DNA from: Octopus sinensis
Taxonomy: Eukaryota
Direction: 5' to 3'
DNA: 64,000 nt
Assembly: GCF_006345805.1 (NCBI RefSeq)
Contig: NC_043002.1
Coordinates: 38,130,001 to 38,194,000, forward strand
The notes below the pieces were generated by a model, which did no database searches, was not told where the DNA came from, and saw only the letters and a program-made list of their open reading frames with translations. Both the position numbers and the translations under genes were made by a program. Positions within the stretch are counted from its first letter, which is position 1. Each line of letters begins with the position of its first letter. Of this stretch, positions 54,519 to 64,000 are shown piece after piece.

Positions 54519-54555
54519 CTGTAAATATAATATGTGACAATTATTCGGTAGCCAT

Positions 54556-54616
54556 GATAAAACTGCGAGTTTCGGATGTAGGGGAGGAGACCCACGCCAC
54601 CATCTCTTCAGTTATC
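54556..54616 (-). ncRNA. Type I hammerhead F4, left arm
   Basis: Minus: gataa-CTGAAGA-GATG-(22 nt)-CATC-C-GAA-ACT-cgc-AGT-T-ttatc. Canonical core; triplet GUU. Confidence 0.8.
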
Positions 54617-54653
54617 TGGGCATCGAAAAAATACTGCATTTTTCCGATGGCCG

Positions 54654-54714
54654 GATAACTGAAGAGATGGTGGTGTGGATTTCCACATCGACATCCGAAA
54701 CTCGGAGTTTTATC
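54654..54714 (+). ncRNA. Type I hammerhead F4, right arm
   Basis: gataa-CTGAAGA-GATG-gtg-GTGTGG-attt-CCACAT-cga-CATC-C-GAA-ACT-cgg-AGT-T-ttatc. Predicted cleavage after 54709. Confidence 0.8.
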
Positions 54715-54817
54715 ATGGCTACCGAATAATTATCACATATTACATTTACAGATAAATTCCTCTATTTACATAATATTGAGGTCTCTTTCTCTCTTTTGTT
54801 GTCTTACCATTTTATCA

Positions 54818-54875
<58 letters not shown>

Positions 54876-55062
54876 TATATATATATAGATAAGAAAGTTT
54901 GTTTGTGAAAGCACGTGGGTGAATATATAAGAAAATAGTAAAGAGTGGAAAAACGACAGAAGGCTTAAATGTTAAAGAATATATATATTTGCGTCAATAT
55001 GTCTGGAGAATATTGGAAAAAATTTTTTCCCTTCTTATAATTACATAATTTTATAATTTTTA

Positions 55063-55101
55063 AAGAAAGACCGGTTTCGCATTTAGCTCTTCAAATTTCT
55101 T
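55063..55101 (-). ncRNA. Minimal hammerhead-like motif F5 (left arm)
   Basis: Reverse complement of the 57169-57207 motif. Confidence 0.7.
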
Positions 55102-55742
55102 GCGACGTAATGTTTATCTTTAATAGCGTTATCCTTGTTTTTTTGCTACGGAGAGTTCTAAATAAGGGAAGGTAGTGCGTGATTTCTTCCGGTGTAAGGG
55201 AGATAATCGCTTAAAAAATTTTTTTTTTTCCCTTTTTCTCTTAGTGTGAATTTCTCTGTATTATTATGTTGGATAGTTGAGTCTGGGTTTGTACTTTTCA
55301 TGAAGAATGTTTCCTTGTTTAGTCTAATTTGTGTTGATGATCCGAAAGCACATTGGTAAAATGGAAAGATTAAAAATTGTGGTTGTAGTTGCTTTGCGCA
55401 TTTCTCAATGTGCTCACTAAAAGGTATCATTCTATATTCTGGGAATGCAATCTGTTGTCGATGCAGTGTGCATCTACGTCTGAGTGATAGTCCCGTGGAC
55501 CCCACGTAGTCTTGGTGGCAGCCCGAGCATTTTATGACATAATTATGTTTTCAGAGGCACAAGTAAAGTTAGATTTGATCTTGAATTTCTGTCCCTCTTT
55601 AAAGAAGAATTCTGATCCTTCTAGTAGGTTAGGACATGTTGCACAGTTCGATCTACCACATTTTTTTACTTTTGCATCCGTAATTTCAGAAGATAATTTT
55701 GCCTTTGTGAGAATCTTTTAAAGTGATTTAGGCTGTTTGTAG

Positions 55743-57005
55743 CTTACTAAATCAATTGAATTCATCCTACACAATAACCACTTCATGTTTGACAATACAT
55801 TTTACCGTCAAAAATCCGGAATTGCTATGGGTACAAGGGCAGCACCAGTCATTGCGAACTTAACAATGGGATACATGGAAATAATCATTTACCAGGAATC
55901 TTTATCAATCTTTGGAAACTCGCTCTCTCAATACATAAAAGAGAACTGGAAACGATTCTTGGACGATTGTTTTATTCTCTGGAATGAAAACACAGATAAA
56001 CTCTTAAAATTTAAAAACCCTATTGAACAGCATAACCCAAATATACAGTTCACAATGGAATACAACCAAAAGGAGCTCCCGTTCTTGGATATACTAATTA
56101 AAAAATTAACCTTAAAGAAACAGACATTTTCTACAAAGCCACAGACGCCACAATACCTTCTCTTTATTTCATGCCACCCAAGACACACTAAAACAAACAT
56201 CCCCTTCAACCTTGCAAGAAGGATATGCACAATAGTGTCAGAACAAAACCCAGGAACTTCAGACTGCAAGAACTCAAAAACACCTTAATTGACAGACATT
56301 ACCCAGCTCAACTCATAGAGGATGGGATCAGACGTGCAACAGAAATCAACATAGAAACTTTAAGAAAAGTTCAACACAACAACACACCTTCCCCGAAAAT
56401 ACTACCTTACATATCTACATACAACCCAAGACACAAAGAAGCTTTCACCATCATCACCCAGAATTTACCAATACTTCATAAAAACCCCAAATTAAAGGAA
56501 ATTCTAATCATACACCAAATCATTAAAAACTACAAACAGCCTAAATCACTTTAAAAGATTCTCACAAAGGCAAAATTATCTTCTGAAATTACGGATGCAA
56601 AAGTAAAAAAATGTGGTAGATCGAACTGTGCAACATGTCCTAACCTACTAGAAGGATCAGAATTCTTCTTTAAAGAGGGACAGAAATTCAAGATCAAATC
56701 TAACTTTACTTGTGCCTCTGAAACCACATAATTTATGTCATAAAATGCTCGGGCTGCCACCAAGACTACGTGGGGTCCACGGGACTATCACTCAGACGTA
56801 GATGCACACTGCATCGACAACAGATTGCATTCCCAGAATATAGAATGATACCTTTTAGTGAGCACATTGAGAAATGCGCAAAGCAACTACAACCACAATT
56901 TTTAATCTTTCATTTTACCAATGTGCTTTCGGATCATCAACACAAATTAGACTAAACAAGGAAACATTCTTCATTGAAAAGTACATACCCAGACTCAACT
57001 ATCCA
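55743..57005 (+). pseudogene. PLE RT C-half, thumb and GIY-YIG (frameshifted)
   Basis: YRQKSGIAMGTRAAPVIANLTMGYME; WKRFLDDCFILW; LPFLDILI; SCHPRHTKTNIPFNLARRICTI; KCGRSNCATCPNL; YVIKCSGCHQDYVGSTGLSLRRRCTLHRQQI; KETFFIEKYIPRLN. Confidence 0.92.
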
Positions 57006-57168
57006 AACATAATAATACAGAGAAATTCACACCAAGAGAAAAAGGAAAAAAAATTTTTTAAGCGATTATCTCCTTACACCGGAAGAAATCACGCACTACC
57101 TTCCCTTATTTAGAACTCTCCGTAGCAAAAAAACAAGGATAACGCTATTAAGATAAACATTACGTCGC

Positions 57169-57207
57169 AAGAAATTTGAAGAGCTAAATGCGAAACCGGT
57201 CTTTCTT
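57169..57207 (+). ncRNA. Minimal hammerhead-like motif F5 (C3->U)
   Basis: aagaaa-t-TTGAAGA-GC-taaat-GC-GAA-ACCGGT-C-tttctt. Stem I is 6 bp, palindromic ACCGGT, triplet GUC. Confidence 0.7.
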
Positions 57208-57337
57208 AAAAATTATAAAATTATGTAATTATAAGAAGGGAAAAAAATTTTTGCAATATTCTCCAGACATATTGACGCAAATATATATATTCTTTAACAT
57301 TTAAGCCTTCTGTCGTTTTTCCACTCTTTACTATTTT

Positions 57338-57389
<52 letters not shown>

Positions 57390-57577
57390 AGAAAAATATA
57401 TAAACAAATAACGTAACGTATACTGAATGTTAAAACGAACGGGAGACACACAGAAGGTCCGCAATTGTTCATCAGTTATCCACCAACTGATGTTGTTCTG
57501 TTTCGCACCTTTAATGATAAGACCGAGCGCTACCCAATCGGCTGTGCCTGCCAAAAAAAAAAGAAAATGACCGTTAA

Positions 57578-57690
57578 ACGACATCCGAAACTCGGAGTTT
57601 TATCATGGCTACCAAATAATTGTCACATATTATATGTATAGATAAATTCCTCTATTTACATATTTGTTGTCTTGCCATTTCTAGCAATAT
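57578..57690 (+). mobile_element. 3' fragment of the F4 element
   Basis: acatccgaaactcggagttttatcatggctacc..gataaattcctctatttaca matches 54691-54770. Confidence 0.85.
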
Positions 57691-57705
57691 ATATATACAT
57701 ATATA

Positions 57706-59323
57706 CAGTGGCGGCCAAAATGTTCAGAACGGCATTGTTTTCGTCAGAAAAGTAGATATAATTTTTTATCAAAGTAGTTTTATATTCTATAATTTTCACA
57801 GACAATAAATACCATATTAATTGTTATTGTCTGAGATGTTGCCGTAATTTGAGAGCATAATACAAAAGTTATGGATGGTTTAATGATTTACTGCAAAACC
57901 CATGGCGGCCAAAATGATCAGAACGGTTGCTTTTACTCCGTGTTTTAGTATATTTAACCGGCGAACTCTAATGTTTTGAATTTGTTTACGTGACGGTTCG
58001 TTTACTAAACATTAGTAAGAATATTTGCAGTGTACTTTGTTAATGTAATGCCACTTACTCCGTTACCAATTCGTCAGCAGATTATTAAGCTTCGAAGGAA
58101 GGATAATTTAAGTATTGGATCTATTGTAAAGATTGTTAACAAGTCAAAAAGTGTCGTACACGATATTCTTAAGGTCTACGATGATTGTGGTTCGTGTGAA
58201 GCAAGACATTTTACAGGTAGGCCAAGAAAAACGACCAAGAGAGAAGATCGTGCTATGGTAAAGTTGGTTAAAAAGGACAGATGTAAAACTGCTGCTGCTG
58301 TTTCTCGGAAAATGAGCATTGTACTGAAGAAAACTTTATCTCGAAAAACTGTGTCTCGTCGTTTAGTTGAACATGACCTACAAGCAAGAGCACCTGTAGT
58401 GAAGCCACTGATCAGCTCCAAGAATAAAAAGTGTCGTCTTACCTTTGCAACCAAACATATGTTGTGGTCTCAAGAAAATGGCAAACGGTGCATTTCAGTG
58501 ATGAATCTAAGTTTATGTTATTTGGCTCAGATGGGAAAAGGTACTTTCGTCGAAAAGTAGGTGAAAAATTGTCGCCTAAATGCCTTAAGACTAGTGTTAA
58601 ATTCGGTGGAGGAAGTGTCATGGTTTGGGAGATGATATCTGGAGATGGTGTGGGCCCTGTGGTGCGATTACATGGAAAGGTAAATGCAGGAGTTTATAAA
58701 CAACTTGTAAAAAATCATGTCTTGCCAGTGCTGAGAAATTCAACTAAGCGACCACCCATATTCATGCAGGACAATGCCCCATGTCACAAGGCTAAGGTGG
58801 TCATGAACTTCCTTAAGGCTGAAAAGGTTATTGTTATTGATTGGCCTGCTCAAAACCCAATCCTATTGAAAATGTATGGAATATTCTAGAACGTTCGAAA
58901 GCCAGAAATCCTAAAACAACTGAGCAATTATGGAATGCCCTTCAGGAAGAATGGAATAAGATCACCCAGCAAGAAATTGAAAATTTAACTTCCTCATGCA
59001 GTCAAAGATGTCAGAGTGTGATTGAAGCTAAAGGGCTTCACACTAACTATTAAATAATTCCAGTATTCTCTGTCATTTTTGATTATTTTGTTATTTTTTC
59101 AACCGTTCTGATAATTTTGGCCGCCATGGGTTTTGCAGTAAATCACTAAATCATCCATAACTTTTGTATTATCCCCTCAAATTACGGCAACATCTCAGAC
59201 AATAACAAATAATATTGTATTTATTGTCTGTGAACATTATAGAATATAAAACTACTTTGATAAAAAGTTATACTTACTTTTCTGACGAAAACAATGCCGT
59301 TCTGAACATTTTGGCCGCAATTG
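57706..59323 (+). mobile_element. Tc1-family DNA transposon, IR/DR type, 1618 bp, TA target duplication
   Basis: ~224-bp terminal inverted repeats (57706-57929; 59100-59323), each with outer and inner copies of ggcggccaaaat(g/t)(t/a)tcagaacgg. Flanked by TA (57704-05, 59324-25). Confidence 0.95.
58048..59053 (+). pseudogene. Tc1 DD34E transposase (two frameshifts)
   Basis: HTH region with GRPRKTT; VHFSDESKF; FMQDNAPCH; DWPAQ..NPIENVW; ends KGLHTNY*. Frameshifts near 58475 and 58857. Confidence 0.93.
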
Positions 59324-59396
59324 TATATATTTATCACTGTTCCGCGATAGAAACTTTTATAAAAAAGCACGCCATCAGGTAAGAGATAAATATTAT

Positions 59397-59660
59397 TTAT
59401 TTAAAGGTCACAATAAATGTATTAAAGCGCTACTAATAGTCTCATGTTGACAAAACTCGAACATATTTATCAGGCCCAAGCCACATATTGTTTACTGTTA
59501 TTTACTTCCTGCGTTTTCTCTATGATACCTTTTCAGTTTTTTCGCGTTTATTCAAACTTCGATATGATATGTGATTTGCGTCTGAAGAATATGTTTGAGT
59601 TTTCTCAACATATGAAATTATCAGAAGCGCTTTAATACATGTATTATGACCTTTAAATAA
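59397..59660. mobile_element. 264-bp element with ~77-bp inverted arms, each carrying a decayed HHR (F7)
   Basis: 59397-59473 is inverted to 59582-59660. Right arm: gcgt-CTGAAGA-ATATG(T)TTGAG-tttt-CTCAACATAT-GAA-ATT-atc-AGA-A-gcgc. The left arm retains the GTA triplet. Confidence 0.75.
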
Positions 59661-59676
59661 ATTATATATATATATA

Positions 59677-60105
59677 CGTGGTCTGATCAATAAGTATCAG
59701 GACTGTTGCTGTAGTAACGAAACTAAAGCCCGAAGAGCAAAGCTGCTTGGCTCAGATTGACTTTAAACTCTGTTGTGCGTGCGCACTGAGTTTTAAAATT
59801 CTAGCTTACTCCCGTTACTCACAGCAGTACTTGGAAGGAAGGTGTGTAAGCGTGTGATCGTCGCATTGATCATGGCGGAAAGTTGAGCAGAGAATTTGCA
59901 TCAAATTTTGTCACAAGCTAGGCAATACATGCTCAGCGGCCTACGCAAAGTTTTGAAAAAGTTTTTATCGTTCTCGATACAATCAATGAGATCTTGTGCA
60001 ACTGAAACCCGAGTGTCTGTTTTGGTCAGCTGAAAGCAGTTTTGGCACAAACTTTGCAGACACGCGTTTCATACCCAAATCTTCATTGATTATGAACTGA
60101 ACCGT
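59677..60105. mobile_element. Rearranged mariner fragment (5' end on +, internal transposase piece on -)
   Basis: TA-cgtggtctgatcaataagtatc TIR-like start. Plus strand: EQRICIKFCHKLGNT..AYAK. Minus strand 59946-60105: TVQFIINEDLGMKRVSAKFVPKLLSADQ..RVSVAQDLIDCIENDKNFFKT. Confidence 0.8.
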
Positions 60106-60479
60106 AACTAATCTGCACGTCCGTGTGAGTTTTATTTTTTTTGTACATGTATGTCTTTCTGGGTATCCATGTTTGTGTTTATGTTCTCACGTGGTTACAT
60201 GTAATATCCAGTTTTGTCGTCTATGTAGAGTCCGTTGTTATTCGTAGCATAGCATGTTGAGGTAGAAATATCGATAAATTAAGTACCAGACTAATTTAAT
60301 TGGGGGTAAATATGGACAACTAAAAGCACTTGAATGTGGTGCCCCAGTATCGGCATTGTCCAGTGCATGAAACCAGTGACAGAACAGAATAATAAAAGGT
60401 TAGATTTTATCATCACCATTAAAATATTAGCAACATGTAGCTTAATCATCAATAATCATTGCACGATTTCTTTTCCGCC

Positions 60480-60806
60480 TCTTCCTCAACCACCACCATC
60501 ACCACAAGCATGATGATGATATTGATGATGATGAGGATGATGATGATGATGGTGATCATCATCATCATCATCATCACTATCGTTGTCGTCGCCGTCGTCA
60601 TCGTCATCTTCGTCATCGGTCGTCGTTGTCGTCATCAGCATTGTTGTCACCACCGTCGTTGCCGTCGACGTCATCATCATCATCATCATCGCCATTATCA
60701 TCTCTGTTGTTGTCGTCGACGTCATCATCATCATCATCACCTCTGTTGTCATCGTCGTCGTCATCATCATCATCGTTATCATCATAATCATCATCATCAC
60801 CACCAC

Positions 60807-60838
<32 letters not shown>

Positions 60839-61520
60839 CCACTGTTGTCATCGTCGTCGTCATCATCGTCATCGTTGTCATCATCATCATCATCTTCATC
60901 ATCTCTGTTGTCGTCGTCGTCGTTGTCATCGTCATCATCATTATCTTCAGCAATATTTTCGTTGCTGTCATGGTCGGGTCGTAGTCGTAGTTGTCGACAA
61001 TGGTATCCTCACCACTTTCATTTTCCTCATTTTCCTTATCTGCCCCTTTATTACCGTTATAATTGTCATCAACATCATCATAACTACATTTATCCTCACA
61101 TCGCTACCACCACCATCAACACTACAAATACATACCCCAAAAACCACCCCCTACACCACTACCGTTATAGCCGTCGATACTAGAGTCATACCACCACCTC
61201 CACCACCATCTCAACTGCCATCATTGATGACACCATCGCAATAATCACCACCACTTCCACAATTCACACCACGACCATCGCCACCGCAACCATCGTCACC
61301 ATCACCACCACTATCATTGCCCCCATCACCGCCATCACCACTGTGACCATCGTGGTCATCACCACCACCTCCACCACGACCATCACCACTACTACCAACC
61401 ATCCAGACCACGACCATCGTCACCACGACCATCGCTACCATCATCACTACCTCCACCACCACCACCACCACCACCACCGCCGCCAGCAATAACAACAACA
61501 ACAACAACAACAACGACTGC
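60480..61520. repeat. ~1-kb degenerate trinucleotide (CAT/CGT/CAC/AAC) low-complexity tract
   Basis: Directly visible; produces poly-His, poly-Ser and poly-Ile pseudo-ORFs. Confidence 0.95.
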
Positions 61521-61849
61521 AACATCGCCATTACAAAGCGCCATTTCGGCTCTGTTAGTTGGTTCTTAACGCCAATCAATTCAGCGACCTTCACAACTTT
61601 ATAATATTGGAAGTATCGTATTGAGCCGTTTTCAGTTGGAGCAATACAGCTGGACCTATGAATTCACGGTATATCGATTATTGAAATACATTTATATAAT
61701 CATGTACTTACTCAGACGTTTCGGGGGTTTATGACTAAAGAGGTGAAAAATAACACTATTTTAATTATTCTTCTTTTCTTTTATTAAATTGTTCTTCTTA
61801 TGACATAGTTTTCATACTGTAATGTTTTGTATCACCACAATCTCTATAC

Positions 61850-62290
61850 TGCCTCCACACTTTCTCCCTCCCCCTTAGTTTCTTCCTCTTTTTCTTTCTC
61901 TCTCACACCCTCTCGTTCTTACTCTCCGTCTTGCGCTCACATTTCTTCTGGCTCTTCCTTGGTCTTTATTTTACCTCGTATTTTCGTCACTAGCCACCCT
62001 ATATCTCTCCCTTTCTCGCTCTTGCTCTCTCTCTCTCTCTCTCCCTTGCTCTCTCACGCTCCCTGTCTCTTTGTATTTCTATCGGTCTGTCTGCTTCTCT
62101 CTCTCTCGCTCGCGCTCTCTGTTTCTCTCTCTCTACTCTCTCTCCCTCCCCTCTCTCTCTTTCTCTCTCTCTCACTCTCTCTCTCTCTCTCCCTTTCTCT
62201 CTCTCTTTCCCTCTCTCCTATCCATGGCATCACCCGAAGTTTGATTTCACAATAATATTGGTCTTCTCTATTTCTCTCCCCACCACCCCA
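61850..62290. repeat. Degenerate (CT)n-rich tract
   Basis: Directly visible. Confidence 0.85.
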
Positions 62291-62730
62291 TCACTCTCTT
62301 TCTCTGTATATATATATATATGTGTGTGTGTGTGTGCGGGTTACGGTCTGTATGTCTGTATGTATGTGTCTACGGGTGCTTGTATGTTTGTGTGTGTGAG
62401 GTCTTTTCACAATATTTTCCCCTCCGCCGCCACAATTATTGTCTTTCATTGTTGTCATTAATATTATAAATATTGCTGTTATTCTTGATTATTTTTTTCT
62501 CCAAAAATTCTATAAATATTGCTGGGAGCGTATTGGATAAAATTTCTCTTCGATTTGTCCCCTCCAAAACAAAGGCTAACGTACAATAAATATTTACAAG
62601 CCTACATATACATACATACGTGCGCGCACATGTCTGTGTGTATGTTTATGTGTGTGTGTATGTGTGTGTGTGTATGTGTGTGTGTGTGTGCGTATGAACG
62701 TATATATGTATATATATGTATATATATATG

Positions 62731-62773
<43 letters not shown>

Positions 62774-62956
62774 GTATATATATATATGTATAAGAGCGTG
62801 TGATACACACATATTTATATGTATATATATATGCAATATATATATATATATATATATATGTATAAGAGCGTGTGATACACACATATTTATATGTATATAT
62901 ATATATATGCAATATATATATATATTTAATATATACATATATATATATGGCACTAG

Positions 62957-63314
<358 letters not shown>

Positions 63315-63437
63315 TATATAATATATATATATATATATATAGATATATATATATATATATATATATACATATGACGGTGCCACAGCTCATGAGCTGAAAC
63401 TAGATAAAATATAAAATTAAATATATACATATATATT

Positions 63438-63483
<46 letters not shown>

Positions 63484-63966
63484 GCAGTGACTGCGTAGGA
63501 TATGATTATAATCTGAATCACTGCATTGGTACCAATATCATTATGCGGTAATGTGGGCTATACTTATGTAACATGAACAAAACTGCGATCTTCATAAAAA
63601 ATCATATAAAGTATTCCTTAATTACGTCAGTAATTCGTAAAGAGGTTACTTTCACCTCGTTTTCTTTTTTTTTTTTTTTGCAACTATAAATTGCTGTTCT
63701 AAAATAACCACGAGTAGTTTTGAGTGGTAAACACTGTTGATTCCCGTAAAATATATAATATATCGGGGGATTACGTCAATAATCTGTAAAAACATTCTAT
63801 TTATTTTTTTTTATATATATTTTTACTCATTCCGTTTAACAGCTAGAAATCGGATTTCTAAATTAACCACGTTTATCTGTGTTAAAATGTAAATGTAAAC
63901 GAAGTTGAATCCCGCAGATAAGATTGCATTTTAAACATACTCACACACACACACACATATGTACAA

Positions 63967-64000
<34 letters not shown>

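Larger units (their letters stand above)
54516..54754. repeat. ~240-bp imperfect palindrome with an HHR in each arm
   Basis: 54516-54630 is inverted to 54640-54754; loop atactgcat. The arms differ mainly in the stem II loop region. Confidence 0.9.
54923..57346 (+). mobile_element. 5'-truncated PLE with an ~820-bp inverted duplication of its 3' end
   Basis: 54923-55742 is the reverse complement of 56530-57346 (GIY-YIG + 3' region). The spacer 55743-56529 encodes the RT C-terminal half. Confidence 0.92.

Noticed and set aside
57430-57480. Minus-strand gataa-CTGATGA motif resembling F4
   Set aside because: The GAAA/helix III half is missing; truncated fragment.
60459-61244. 261-aa His/Arg/Cys-rich ORF
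   Set aside because: It lies wholly within a trinucleotide low-complexity tract that is open in several frames.
61711-61745. Minus-strand GAAACGTC-tgag
   Set aside because: No CUGANGA upstream on that strand.

Overview
This is AT-rich, repeat-saturated eukaryotic DNA. I could not recognise a host gene, rRNA, true tRNA or CRISPR array. The SINE families and microsatellite load suggest an octopus/cephalopod genome (inference, not verified). Most entries in the ORF track are microsatellite artefacts. Recognisable content: two R4/Dong-like RLE non-LTR retrotransposon remnants, CR1-group and RTE fragments, a Tigger/pogo fossil, a 1.6-kb IR/DR-type Tc1 element, a rearranged mariner fragment, a probable hAT MITE, many tRNA-derived SINEs, and two Penelope-like elements (PLEs; RT + GIY-YIG). 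One PLE is near full length between direct terminal repeats (48.4-53.5 kb); the other carries an ~820-bp inverted duplication (54.9-57.3 kb). The main unexplained signal is hammerhead-ribozyme (HHR)-like motifs. Reading by eye I found 19 type I HHR-like motifs in about 10 sequence families, plus 2 relics. Many lie in short (240-400 bp) non-coding elements bounded by terminal inverted repeats and abutting (TA)n tracts, and one is fused to a tRNA-derived Pol III head. All HHR calls are hand-folded and untested; many copies carry core substitutions and are probably inactive.
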